Below are positions 25,509-35,361 of a stretch of 52,621 nucleotides of DNA, in pieces. The stretch is taken from the IMG/VR virus record IMGVR_UViG_3300018405_000026, positions 1 through 52,621 of that record. One strand, 5' to 3'. Positions within the stretch are counted from its first letter, which is position 1. The number at the start of each line of letters is the position of its first letter. The stretch is from a virus (Duplodnaviria; Caudoviricetes). Both the position numbers and the translations under genes were made by a program. The notes under the pieces were generated by a model. It saw only the letters and a program-made list of their open reading frames with translations. It searched no databases and had not been told where the DNA came from.

Positions 25509-26465
25509 TTAACCTCCTAACCACAACTCAACTTCCATTGTGTGTGAGCTGGCTGTAACTTTATGGTCTACTGATTCCAATAGATACCACCCTTTCACTT
25601 TGATTTCTGGTAAGTCTACAAATGCAGACCTGCCCGCAATAAAATCAAAATCACCTACACTCATGGATAGTTTAATCGTTTCTTTCGGTTTATTTTTCAA
25701 TTTGATCAGCATTTGTCCCATACTGTTAATTTGTGCCGCGTTGAGGTTTTCATCGACTACCTTAAAGTATTGTAGCCGTCCCCATTTCTTAATATTATTA
25801 CTGTCAATAAAATGGTACATCGTACGTTTACCGTACTCGCCGTCCTCGTGTAGCAATTTCACGACGTTAGCTGAATCTTCGATACTGCGTTCATAATCAA
25901 AGTCCGTTACGATTGACCCTTCGCCTAAAATGGTTAATATCGCCAAATTCTTCGGATAGTCCAATCGAAGTTCGCCGTAATCATCCCAGAAAACGGTTAG
26001 TTCACCAGTTTGTACAAGAATTTGGTCGATGCTTTCTTCGATAATATCCAGCGCTGTTTTTTCCTCTTTTAGCATGGTCGGCATTTTAGCTGAAGGTCCT
26101 ACCAATTTCCCGACTTTTAATTCAAAGTCTTTTGCGATACTCGTGATAATGCTTGCCAGTGTGCTGTTTTGAAACACATATGTTTCTTTCCTCAATAGAT
26201 ATTTCTTCTGGTCAAAAAACGTTAACAAGTGTTTGCCGTTCTTGTTACGGCGTATTCTAAATAGGTAGCCGTAAAATAATTTATGTGTTCCGGCCGTCAA
26301 AGCAAGCATTGAACCTTCTGGAAAGTTCATCGTACTTAATAACTCAACTTCCAATTTAGACGGTGAACCGCTTCGTTTTGAGCTAAGATTAAAGCTTTTA
26401 ACCACCGGCGCAAGGTCCCAGACCTCGCCTGATAAAACATTTTGAAAATACAATTTATATATCAT
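25509..26465 (-). CDS. Baseplate hub (XkdQ-like)
   Basis: R.GSPSKL, LFYGY.F, DDYGELRL and KKWGRLQY motifs. Follows the LysM gene. Confidence 0.85.
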   Translation of the reverse strand: MIYKLYFQNVLSGEVWDLAPVVKSFNLSSKRSGSPSKLEVELLSTMNFPEGSMLALTAGTHKLFYGYLFRIRRNKNGKHLLTFFDQKKYLLRKETYVFQNSTLASIITSIAKDFELKVGKLVGPSAKMPTMLKEEKTALDIIEESIDQILVQTGELTVFWDDYGELRLDYPKNLAILTILGEGSIVTDFDYERSIEDSANVVKLLHEDGEYGKRTMYHFIDSNNIKKWGRLQYFKVVDENLNAAQINSMGQMLIKLKNKPKETIKLSMSVGDFDFIAGRSAFVDLPEIKVKGWYLLESVDHKVTASSHTMEVELWLGG

Positions 26466-27364
26466 GGGATTGTTAACACCATCCCTGCGTAAATCAAATC
26501 AGGGTTCTTAATGACTGATTTATTCGCGTTATATATTTTCTTCCACTGCATTTCATCTCCGTAAAACTTCTTAGAAATCTTACGTAAATAATCACCTTTT
26601 ACAACTTTATATGTTTTCGCTTTAGGCGCCGTAGTCGTTTTGGCTTCGGTTCCTGGTATCAAAAACACTTGTCCAGGATAAATCAAGTTAGGGTTTTTAA
26701 TCTTGGCTTTATTCGCTGCCACAATGCCGTTCACTAGCGCTGTCGTCGCTTTGCCGTAATACTTCCTAGCAATGCCCCAAAGAGTGTCACCTTTGACCAC
26801 CGTATGCATAATCGGCTTCTTAACCTGTTCTGGTGGCTTAGGAGGCGTCTCTTTGTCACGAGGCGGTGTTTTAGTCGGTGGTGCTGGTTTTGGTGTTTCT
26901 TTAGGTTTTTCTTTTTCGACAATAATCAATTTCTTTTCTTGTAGTTTCCTGTACTCGATAAAACTGATCTTATAGAGAATATCCGTCTCATAGCCGTGTT
27001 TCGTGCCTGTTTCAAAATTTTGAATATAATACAGTTGACTCGTATTCCCATGTTCTAGCGCGGAGCCAAACACTCCTGAAATAACCACCCTGACAGGCTG
27101 ATTCGCACGTTTCCACTCACGTAATTTCTGAATAAAATATTTAGCATCCATGCCTTTTGAAATGTAATTGCCGTCTTTTAGAGTGGGTAAAAAGGATTCC
27201 CAAGACAATGTTTGTAATTCTGAGTAGCCTGGAATCGGAGTACCGCCGAGGTTTAATACCTCGATGACTTCGATTTTTTGATTTTCATTTGACTTAATTT
27301 CATCAGGATTGACCGGCACAGTTAACAGTGTGCCGTCTTGACCTTTAATAAATATTTTGACCAT
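26462..27364 (-). CDS. XkdP-like tail tube initiator with two LysM domains
   Basis: PVNPDEI N-terminus, Pro-rich linker, HTVVKGDTLWGIA and YKVVKGDYLRKIS LysM repeats. Confidence 0.9.
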   Translation of the reverse strand: MVKIFIKGQDGTLLTVPVNPDEIKSNENQKIEVIEVLNLGGTPIPGYSELQTLSWESFLPTLKDGNYISKGMDAKYFIQKLREWKRANQPVRVVISGVFGSALEHGNTSQLYYIQNFETGTKHGYETDILYKISFIEYRKLQEKKLIIVEKEKPKETPKPAPPTKTPPRDKETPPKPPEQVKKPIMHTVVKGDTLWGIARKYYGKATTALVNGIVAANKAKIKNPNLIYPGQVFLIPGTEAKTTTAPKAKTYKVVKGDYLRKISKKFYGDEMQWKKIYNANKSVIKNPDLIYAGMVLTIP

Positions 27365-27382
27365 AAGTTAAACTGCTCCTTT

Positions 27383-30300
27383 CTAAACCGGCAACCCTTC
27401 TACGCCGTCGTGAATTGCATCTAATAAATCATCGTTAAATTGCGCGATGAAATCTTCATATTCTTGTTCGGTGTTGATTGATTCAATGTTTGTCGTGACT
27501 TGCGGTGTCATGGTGATGTAATTTTGTTGCCATTTCTGTTTGGCCACATCACGGATGAGATTAAGTGTTTCCTCATCCATTGTAATCTCATCTTCAATTT
27601 CGCCCACTGAATCTAATTTTCCGCCTGTTGGATTTGAACCTCCGCCGACTTCTGGCGCCTCTGGTATTTCAGGCATGTCTAAGTCGTTAAACATATCTGC
27701 AATATCTTTACCGGCATTCCCACTTTGGAAATCTGATAGAAGTTTTCCTAATTGTGCCTCCCAGTTTTCGCCTTTGGCATATCCGCGGTCAAATGATCCC
27801 GACAAGTCTTTAAAGTCAAAGTAATCGGCTTTCCACTGATCCGGTGCTTCTGGGGCCGACTTTCCATTGATCCAATCTGCTAAACCTGACGTAAAATCAA
27901 TGCGTTCCCACTGCGCGGTTTCTGGCATTTCCATACCTTCTAGAGCCGCTCGCAAGCTGTCACCTAGTTGGATATCAGAAGCATTGCCTCTTGACGTCGG
28001 CGTAGGTGCTTGCAGACCAGATGTAAAATTACTTACCTTTCCTGCGTAATTGGCTCGTCCTAACGACACTTGACCAATGGGCCCGATACTTACTCCTGGA
28101 ATCTTATCTAAAGCGGAAATCATGTCATTGATACCGCCAAGAACAGCATTTAACATACCTTCGATGCCGGATATTACGCCATTGATCATACCGTCTATAC
28201 CTTGTGCAATGGCAGTAGCCATGTTTCCAGCAGCCGAGGCAATGTTATACCAAACCTTTTCGGCTTCGTATTTCAAGGTATTAAACCCGTTAATAGCGCC
28301 GTTAATTAATCCGCTGACACTATCTAAGATGCCTATCATCATGTTGCCTGCAAATTGTTTAAATCCAAACCACAGCATGTTCCAATAGTTAATACCGGCA
28401 AACCAGGCCATGCCTGCGCCGTTAACAACGGATTGGACGAGATATAATATGCCAAATGCAATGAGCGCCACCGTCATTTGTAAACCGTACCACAGTAATT
28501 GGATCGCGTAGATACCGGCTTGCCACAAGTTGACGATAAAATTAACTACACCGATCACACTATTGACGATTGCGATTGCGATGTTGATTATTAAATCCCA
28601 TAGGACGTATAGCACACCTATGATAATACCGGTAGCCGATACGGCGGCACCTGTGAAATGATTCCACATGGCAACTCCCGCATATAGGGCAGCTACTATT
28701 GCAAGTAGCCCTCCAACTACCCAGGTAATCGGACTAGCTAACAGCGCAGCGTTAAACCCGTGTTGTGCAGCAGTCGCTACAAAAGTAGCTCCGGCTAACA
28801 TCATGGTCCTTGCAGCCCCTACAGCTTTCGTTGAGTTAGAGATAGCTTCGATTCCAGCTGTAATCATCAAGTGCGTTTTATAGATGATCAAGGCGGCAGT
28901 GTAGATTCCTAAAGCAGTAGCAGCAGCGTAAACGAATGGTGCGATCGTTGCCCAATGCTCACTGATGAGTCCACCGAGACTACCTAACACGTCCATGATC
29001 CCGACAACGACCGTTGACAGGACATATAAAGCTGATACAGCAGTACTTACAAACTGCTCAACGGCTTGACTGTTAGCCAAGTCATTAATTCTCTGAAGAA
29101 CCGGTTCAAACGCTTCTAGTGCGCTGTTTTTGAAACCTGTCCAAACTTGCGACCAAGTTCTAGGCATTGATTCGAATTTAGCATTGATATCGTCTGCAGC
29201 TGCAAACATCGCATTTTTAACAATATCCGCCGTCAGTTCTCCTTCAGCAGCAATTTCTCGTATCTCGCCTTTAGTAACTCCTAGATAATCTGCGATAGCT
29301 TGGATAATCGTCGGAGCCTGTTCCATGACAGAGTTCAATTCGTCCCCGCGTAACACGCCCGATGCTAAAGCTTGCGTTAACTGCAAAGTAGCTCCGGAAG
29401 CTTCCTGTGCGCTTGTACCAGCTAGTGTAAATTGTTTATTGATTAATTCAGCAAACTGAACGATTTCACCTGATCCGCTGAATGCGTCTCCGGCCAAAGT
29501 TCCTAATTTTCCTACCATGTCAGCAGTTGCTTGATATTCCATGCGCGATCGTTGCGCTGAGGCGAACACCATATTTTGTAATTCTGCTGTTGTTTGCAAA
29601 CCGTCATTCATTAAGTCTAGTCTAGCAATCGTTTGTGAGTATCTATCGGATAGGCCGACAACTGACTGTACTGCCTGATTGGCTCCGATTGCAACAGCGA
29701 CGTTTCTCAAAGTATTGACCAATTCGTTACTCGAACCGACTCCATTTTCAACTGTTGAGTTGAATTGGCTTTGGGCGGTTGTGTTTTCTCTGATTTGACG
29801 TTCAATCTGCCCGACTTGCGTATTCAACCGGTTGTAAGCCGCATGTGCCGCTTCGGTGTTAACGTCTGACAAGCCATTAGCGACTTCGTCTTGCGTCCGT
29901 AACAGCGATTGTAGGTTCGCACGTAGCGATTCAATCTGGTTATTAGCACCAGGTGATATAACGCCTTCAATTGGCTCTAAATTAGCAATAGATTGTTGAA
30001 TGCCGTTAATCCTGTTTTGCATTGTTTGAAAATCACTCATAATAGCAGGTGATGCTCTTAACTCACGCGCGAGTGCGTTTAAGTTAGCTTGAGATTGACT
30101 AGCACGTTCCAGCATTAGATTTGCCGAGGCCATTTCTTGCTGATAGCGTGTCAATCCGTCAGTTAAAAACACCTCTGGCTGTTCGATTGGTAGCCATTCC
30201 ATTTCGAGAGGAATAGGTTCAAATTCTGGTGGTGCGAAACTGTCTAATCCGCTGTCGTCAAAAAGTAATGGCACTTTGATAGCTTCTGGTTGAGCAATAT

Positions 30301-31183
30301 TCCATTCTGGTAATTGAGGCATGACAGGAAGGTCTATTGGTTCTAAGTTCGTGTTAATGGCACTTTCAAAGTTCGGTATAACAGCGACTTCTAAATCTTC
30401 TAAACTCATACCTTGTGTATTAAAAGTTGGCACAACTTCGACCGGAATGTCGTCTAAGTCAGTGATAGATTCAAAGACCGGTGTAAGCTGAATATCAGTT
30501 CGAATCTTCGCTAGATTCTCTGACATCTTGGCCATCTTGCTAGACATTGATTCGAAGCCTAGTGGGTTTTGGTCAAATTCTAACGGTGCTTGTAAAGACG
30601 TGCCTTTCACTTTTCCGAGAATCGCATTCATTCGTGTCGTTGCGTCACCGAGTTGATTCATGTTTTCGGTCATCTTCACCAGCTTGGTAGACGTTGTGTC
30701 AAAATCAATCGGGTTCTGGTTAATTTTCATGGGGCCGGCTAACGAAGTGTCCTTCACTTTTCCCAGAATGTCGTTCATTCGTATTGTTGCGTCACTTAGC
30801 TGATTTACATTGCCTGTTGCTTTTTTAAGTAAATTTGAGTCAGACGCTAAATCGCTCATCTCGCTACCAATCGCTCTGAAATCTGTCATGTTCACCGCTT
30901 CAAATGCGTTTAGTAACTCGTCAGAGCTTGTGCGAACTTGCGCTTCTGTCGCTTGCACATTGGTAACTAGTCGACTGTTAGAAGCAACTACGCCATTTAC
31001 TTGTGCGCTCATTGTGCGGTCGATGCCTATCATTGTTTGGTTCACACGTTCTGCCGTGTTGATGAGACGTTCAAAGCTATTGACGATTTTGTTGATTGTC
31101 CCTGACACACGATCCGTTAGTTGTAGACTAGTGCTACCTCCTGATCCGGTACCAGTTCCTCCTGTTGGTGGGTTTTCTGCCAT
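27383..31183 (-). CDS. Tape measure protein
   Basis: About 1266 aa with the tape-measure motif QLTQALASGVLRGDELNSVMEQAP and a hydrophobic central region. AGGAGGTG RBS before ATG 31183. Confidence 0.93.
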   Translation of the reverse strand: MAENPPTGGTGTGSGGSTSLQLTDRVSGTINKIVNSFERLINTAERVNQTMIGIDRTMSAQVNGVVASNSRLVTNVQATEAQVRTSSDELLNAFEAVNMTDFRAIGSEMSDLASDSNLLKKATGNVNQLSDATIRMNDILGKVKDTSLAGPMKINQNPIDFDTTSTKLVKMTENMNQLGDATTRMNAILGKVKGTSLQAPLEFDQNPLGFESMSSKMAKMSENLAKIRTDIQLTPVFESITDLDDIPVEVVPTFNTQGMSLEDLEVAVIPNFESAINTNLEPIDLPVMPQLPEWNIAQPEAIKVPLLFDDSGLDSFAPPEFEPIPLEMEWLPIEQPEVFLTDGLTRYQQEMASANLMLERASQSQANLNALARELRASPAIMSDFQTMQNRINGIQQSIANLEPIEGVISPGANNQIESLRANLQSLLRTQDEVANGLSDVNTEAAHAAYNRLNTQVGQIERQIRENTTAQSQFNSTVENGVGSSNELVNTLRNVAVAIGANQAVQSVVGLSDRYSQTIARLDLMNDGLQTTAELQNMVFASAQRSRMEYQATADMVGKLGTLAGDAFSGSGEIVQFAELINKQFTLAGTSAQEASGATLQLTQALASGVLRGDELNSVMEQAPTIIQAIADYLGVTKGEIREIAAEGELTADIVKNAMFAAADDINAKFESMPRTWSQVWTGFKNSALEAFEPVLQRINDLANSQAVEQFVSTAVSALYVLSTVVVGIMDVLGSLGGLISEHWATIAPFVYAAATALGIYTAALIIYKTHLMITAGIEAISNSTKAVGAARTMMLAGATFVATAAQHGFNAALLASPITWVVGGLLAIVAALYAGVAMWNHFTGAAVSATGIIIGVLYVLWDLIINIAIAIVNSVIGVVNFIVNLWQAGIYAIQLLWYGLQMTVALIAFGILYLVQSVVNGAGMAWFAGINYWNMLWFGFKQFAGNMMIGILDSVSGLINGAINGFNTLKYEAEKVWYNIASAAGNMATAIAQGIDGMINGVISGIEGMLNAVLGGINDMISALDKIPGVSIGPIGQVSLGRANYAGKVSNFTSGLQAPTPTSRGNASDIQLGDSLRAALEGMEMPETAQWERIDFTSGLADWINGKSAPEAPDQWKADYFDFKDLSGSFDRGYAKGENWEAQLGKLLSDFQSGNAGKDIADMFNDLDMPEIPEAPEVGGGSNPTGGKLDSVGEIEDEITMDEETLNLIRDVAKQKWQQNYITMTPQVTTNIESINTEQEYEDFIAQFNDDLLDAIHDGVEGLPV

Positions 31184-31202
31184 ACTTTTCACCTCCTATT
31201 AG

Positions 31203-31373
31203 TTATTTTTTAGCTCGACTTGCTTTCATTTCTTTTGCATTTATTTCAGTTGAAGCGATCATGAAAGCACGGTGCTCCTCGCTGTATGATTCCCACTTTT
31301 CAGGTGTGATGTGCTGATTTTGAAAAAGCACGTGAAGGATTCGACTTTCTGTATCGCTCTCAATTAGTTTTTT
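31203..31373 (-). CDS. -1 frameshift extension of the tail assembly chaperone
   Basis: A AAA AAC slippery heptamer directly before the chaperone stop. The -1 frame is open for 54 codons up to the TMP RBS. Confidence 0.8.
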   Translation of the reverse strand, partial: KKLIESDTESRILHVLFQNQHITPEKWESYSEEHRAFMIASTEINAKEMKASRAKK

Positions 31374-31762
31374 GCTTGTTTAATCTTCTCGTTAATGTCT
31401 TGGTTAAAGCCTGACTCTTCTAGGATAGCTTCAACAATTAATGTTTGCTCTGCCCAGTTAAACATTTCGTTATACAATTCAGCTTCGCCCATTACTCCGT
31501 AAGACTCCTGAATTTCAGTATTTGATAGAGGGGGGTTAACGATTGAGGCAATTGCTAATTTCTCGTTGTATGCTGAGCCGTCCATTTCTTTTTTAGTTTG
31601 ACGTCCTTGCTTGCGTTCCACCATTGACTCTTTTTGGATTCGTTTGTTTTCTGCACCGGAAATGACTTTTAGTGTGATTGGTTCCTCGAATGATTCTAAA
31701 TAGATGTCAAAAGTAGTCGCTTCTTTTTTGTTTTGTTTGAAAAATGCTGTTAATTTACTCAT
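31364..31762 (-). CDS. Tail assembly chaperone (XkdN-like)
   Basis: SIVNPPL...QESYGVMGEAEL motif, between the tube and TMP genes. Confidence 0.88.
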   Translation of the reverse strand: MSKLTAFFKQNKKEATTFDIYLESFEEPITLKVISGAENKRIQKESMVERKQGRQTKKEMDGSAYNEKLAIASIVNPPLSNTEIQESYGVMGEAELYNEMFNWAEQTLIVEAILEESGFNQDINEKIKQAKN

Positions 31763-31787
31763 AGTTGTTTTTTTCCTCCTAATAATT

Positions 31788-31804
31788 AAAGGCCCCGAAG
31801 GGCC
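31788..31804 (-). terminator. cUUCGg hairpin / weak terminator after the tail tube gene
   Basis: Minus strand GGCCC-TTCG-GGGCC-TTT. Confidence 0.6.
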
Positions 31805-31816
31805 CTAGCGTCGTTG

Positions 31817-32263
31817 CTATTTGAATGTTTCTAGGATATCGAAATCACCAAACGTAAAGGATGATGTTTCTTCTAAAGTGTCTTCGGACGTACCGTCTAA
31901 CGCTGCTAGAATAGAGTCATTAAAAATAACTTCTTTCAATAGCACTGTGTGACGGCCTTTTTGAGCTTGTACGTCGGCATTTGTAACCTTGATTGTAATA
32001 TCAGGGTACACGCCGGTCTTAACGTACGTCGCAATAGCTTGACGAGCGACATTAGAGAAGTAATGCGCGGTTAAGTCTCCAGTACCGGCAGCGCCGACCA
32101 CTTTTCCTTTTTCCATACGCATGCCAATCGCTTGTACGTTGGCTGTTTTTACGGCAATTTGAGCGGAAATGGTTTTTAATTCAGCCATCTCGTAGCGGTT
32201 GGAACCGACAGTCGCGAAGACTGTCCCTTCCTTACCACTGATTGCTTGGTTTGCTTTAATCAT
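31817..32263 (-). CDS. Tail tube protein (XkdM-like)
   Basis: ISGKEG...GTG.LT...LEE...FTF.DFD pattern. Confidence 0.9.
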   Translation of the reverse strand: MIKANQAISGKEGTVFATVGSNRYEMAELKTISAQIAVKTANVQAIGMRMEKGKVVGAAGTGDLTAHYFSNVARQAIATYVKTGVYPDITIKVTNADVQAQKGRHTVLLKEVIFNDSILAALDGTSEDTLEETSSFTFGDFDILETFK

Positions 32264-32292
32264 TATTCAGTTTGCTCCTTTCTAGAGTTGAA

Positions 32293-33570
32293 TTAGTTAC
32301 AGTAAACTTGGACATAAAGTTTTTCCATCGCATCGTTAATCACGATTGGCAATGTCACGACCACCGTGTCTTTGTTGTTGCCTTGTTCGATACTGATTTC
32401 GCCTGGGTCATAGCTAATCGCATTCGCTAACACTAAAGGATCCAACACGTTCGTGATAATCGCCGCTTTTAGGTTTTCACGTCCATCAAGATTGTTGACA
32501 AACTTTCCTAAAAATGACTCTTCAAATAGCGATGTTGCTTGAGTCTCAATGATTGCCATTGTACGAACGATGCGGTTTTTACTAAAATCTTGATTTTTGA
32601 TATCCGTGAACGTTACGAGCGTGTTGATATCTTGCTGAATTCTTACTCGTTCATTTTTGTACACGAACACGATATGTCCAGCTTTAACAGCCGCTACTGT
32701 ATCTGCATATGACAGTCGCTCACAGTCGACCGCACCCGGATAGGCTGCATAAGTCAATGAATTGGTTTCGGCTGCTGCTGAAGCGGCTGCGACCCAATAG
32801 ACCGCATCCTTCGGAGCTAATACTGTTCCATCTTCCAGTGTCACGCTGTTCTTGACGGATGTCACACCTTCATAGTCCATTGCCAAGTTGTTAGTCACCA
32901 ATACTACAGGACGGCCTAAGCTTTGTAATTCTCGAACTTTAGCCACAGCAATTGTTTTAACCGCCTCATCTTCTGAGCCGATTGCGATATGAGTGAAATC
33001 ATACTTCTCAATGCCTGCTAAGAAATCTGAATAAGCACTTGCTGATAATGTGCCATCTAGCCCACCTGTTAATTTGCCCGTACCTGAAGCTGTTGGCGCA
33101 GTCCCACTGAATTCAATAAAATCATTCGATGCAGGAAGCCCGGTCACATTTAACTGCTCATCTACCGTACGATTATTAAAGATTGTTTTGACTGTGATAG
33201 AGTCGTTAACCTCTTTTACTACAACCACGGATAGTTGATTACCTAATGCTCCTGCATACTTTGCAGTAGCTACTAATCCTGATACTGTGATAGTCGCTTT
33301 TGCTGCACCTGTATGAGCCGGTAGATAAATTAAGGCACGTCCGTTCCCTTTAAAGGTTTCTCGAATTTCAAGCAAATCTTTCAATTCTTTACCCAATAAA
33401 GTTAAAAAGTTAGTACCTCCATCCACTTCCACAAATACGTTATCTGGCCCCCAAGATTTCGGTACCACAAATGCCGAACGCCCAGCGGTTTCACCGATTG
33501 AAGCTGTTCCGCCAGTCGATTGAAAATCTACTCTTACACCTGGTAAGGGCATATTTTGAATAATCGCCAT
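32293..33570 (-). CDS. Tail sheath protein (XkdK-like)
   Basis: LPGV.V.F, AKY.G.LGN, LTGG.DG and QDINTLVTF...DFSKNRIVR motifs. Confidence 0.94.
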   Translation of the reverse strand: MAIIQNMPLPGVRVDFQSTGGTASIGETAGRSAFVVPKSWGPDNVFVEVDGGTNFLTLLGKELKDLLEIRETFKGNGRALIYLPAHTGAAKATITVSGLVATAKYAGALGNQLSVVVVKEVNDSITVKTIFNNRTVDEQLNVTGLPASNDFIEFSGTAPTASGTGKLTGGLDGTLSASAYSDFLAGIEKYDFTHIAIGSEDEAVKTIAVAKVRELQSLGRPVVLVTNNLAMDYEGVTSVKNSVTLEDGTVLAPKDAVYWVAAASAAAETNSLTYAAYPGAVDCERLSYADTVAAVKAGHIVFVYKNERVRIQQDINTLVTFTDIKNQDFSKNRIVRTMAIIETQATSLFEESFLGKFVNNLDGRENLKAAIITNVLDPLVLANAISYDPGEISIEQGNNKDTVVVTLPIVINDAMEKLYVQVYCN

Positions 33571-33571
33571 A

Positions 33572-33757
33572 TTATTTAAAGTCTCCTTTCTTCCACTCGT
33601 CTACGGCCTTCTGAGCTTCTTGGACCGTATAGTCTATTGCGTCATCTAATATTACATTTGCAATGGATTGATCCGTTACATGCATTCCGCGTACAACCGC
33701 TTCTTTAACATAACGCTGTTCAACCACCGCTTTAGGCTTTGCCTTTGGTTCTGTCAA
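33572..33757 (-). CDS. Small tail-region hypothetical protein
   Basis: 61 aa directly before the sheath gene. Confidence 0.7.
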   Translation of the reverse strand: MTEPKAKPKAVVEQRYVKEAVVRGMHVTDQSIANVILDDAIDYTVQEAQKAVDEWKKGDFK

Positions 33758-34170
33758 AGCTTAACGCCTCCTTCTATTTTTGTGATAGTTTCACCGGGAT
33801 CTGCTTCATAGCTACCATGTATTTTCACCTCAAACGAAATTGTCATTACCTCATCGTTATGGTTCGCTTTCAGGTAGTTAATGTGCGCAAACTCTCCTAG
33901 ATACTTCCATCGTTTAGAGTTTAATATTTTCCACACCATTTCTTGCATTTCAGTTCGTTTATCGAGACTGTCACCCGGTGTGTAGGTAATAAAATAAAAA
34001 ACAGCCACATCAACTGCGTTGTTGACCTGCCTGTCTGTGCTAATTCGATTCGCTTTAATGTTAAAGCATGGTGTGTCCATGCCTTGTTGGATTGGCTCAT
34101 CATAAACTTTGATACCAGGAAAGGTTTCTTTAAGTTTAAGAATCAGTGCTGCGGATAATGCATCAAGCAT
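33754..34170 (-). CDS. Tail terminator-like protein
   Basis: LKETFP..KVYDE.IQQG...PCF pattern and gene position. Confidence 0.75.
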   Translation of the reverse strand: MLDALSAALILKLKETFPGIKVYDEPIQQGMDTPCFNIKANRISTDRQVNNAVDVAVFYFITYTPGDSLDKRTEMQEMVWKILNSKRWKYLGEFAHINYLKANHNDEVMTISFEVKIHGSYEADPGETITKIEGGVKL

Positions 34171-34176
34171 AGGTCA

Positions 34177-34605
34177 TCATCCTCTCATTGCATTTCTTAT
34201 AACTTTTGCTAATTGTCTTTCGGTGGCAACTTTCCACTTAGGCAATAGTTGACGGACTTCGAACTCGGACAACTCTATAAAGAATTGTCCGTCCACATAA
34301 CCGACTTCTTCACCCTGTATCACTAAGCGGTGACCGTCGTTGACCCACTCTGTATAATATTGACCGGCTTTATTTCGAGCCACGTTCCATATTTTTATGT
34401 GAATGGTTTCCCCGGCATATTCAATATCCCACGTCCAACTGTCTTCTAACTGACCAGTATCATACGGCGAATTATATTCCAGTATTTCAACAAATTTGGC
34501 TGCCAAAGCAATCACGGCATAATGAATTTCTCGTTGAACTCCAGTTTGCACCTGCCTTAGTTGTGCAAGTCGTTTTTCAAACGATTTATAATCATACCCA
34601 CTCAT
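34177..34605 (-). CDS. HK97 gp10-like neck protein
   Basis: SPYDTGQLEDSW, Y.EWVNDGHR and YVDGQF motifs. Confidence 0.85.
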   Translation of the reverse strand: MSGYDYKSFEKRLAQLRQVQTGVQREIHYAVIALAAKFVEILEYNSPYDTGQLEDSWTWDIEYAGETIHIKIWNVARNKAGQYYTEWVNDGHRLVIQGEEVGYVDGQFFIELSEFEVRQLLPKWKVATERQLAKVIRNAMRG

Positions 34606-34960
34606 GTTTGTTCACCCTAATTTCTTGGTGCGATGGGTATTTCATCGGCTTTTCAGTTGATTGATATTTCTCACGATGGTCGCCGTTACGTACCATCAGT
34701 TTACTACCAATTGGTACATTGACATCCGGTCCGCAGAATAAAATCAAACTGCTGTTATCCAAGTTGCCTTCACCTTTCAGCGATGATGGTCGTTTGTCAA
34801 TCGACACTCGACAAGGTTCGTTTAACTTTGTTGCTTGTAACTGCTTACCGTCTGCGCCGTTTGGTTTGGTATATTCGACTATCTCATAGATATCAAATAC
34901 TTTATCAAACGTCCAAGCGATAGCAGGTCCAGCTGCGGCTAAGATCGAATTAATATCCAT
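34592..34960 (-). CDS. Head-closure / head-tail adaptor
   Basis: PCRVS, LFC.PDV.VP.GSK and YPSHQEI motifs. Confidence 0.75.
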   Translation of the reverse strand: MDINSILAAAGPAIAWTFDKVFDIYEIVEYTKPNGADGKQLQATKLNEPCRVSIDKRPSSLKGEGNLDNSSLILFCGPDVNVPIGSKLMVRNGDHREKYQSTEKPMKYPSHQEIRVNKHEWV

Positions 34961-34962
34961 GC

Positions 34963-35352
34963 TTACCACCTCAACTTACGAAAAGCTAAAATTTGTCGAT
35001 TGTAATCTTGCAAGAGGCTTTGTATAGCCTCGTCTACGTCTTTTGCTTTAGCCGTTGATGAACTTCCAGACAGGTCAACCGTTACGTCTCCAACTTTCAG
35101 GCTTTTCACGCCTGCTAATGGATTAACGATTTCCTCCGCGGATTCGTCAACTACGGGTTCGGCCGTCTCGCAAACCATTTTAGCCACCAAATAATACAAC
35201 TCTTTCGGTAGCTTTGTGTGGTTTGTAATATTCAGAATGTGCTGGACAATTTCATCCGTCACGTATTCTTGTAAAGCTGGCTCCATCTTCAGCTTATAAA
35301 CCGTTAGCCTTTGGTCGATGGTTTGTTTGAGTGTTTTGGCCACTTGGACCAC
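34963..35352 (-). CDS. Head-tail connector (SPP1 gp15-like)
   Basis: ILNITN...LP.EL, VKSLKVGDVTV and FRKLRW motifs. Confidence 0.8.
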   Translation of the reverse strand: MVQVAKTLKQTIDQRLTVYKLKMEPALQEYVTDEIVQHILNITNHTKLPKELYYLVAKMVCETAEPVVDESAEEIVNPLAGVKSLKVGDVTVDLSGSSSTAKAKDVDEAIQSLLQDYNRQILAFRKLRW

Positions 35353-35361
35353 TCCTCTCTA

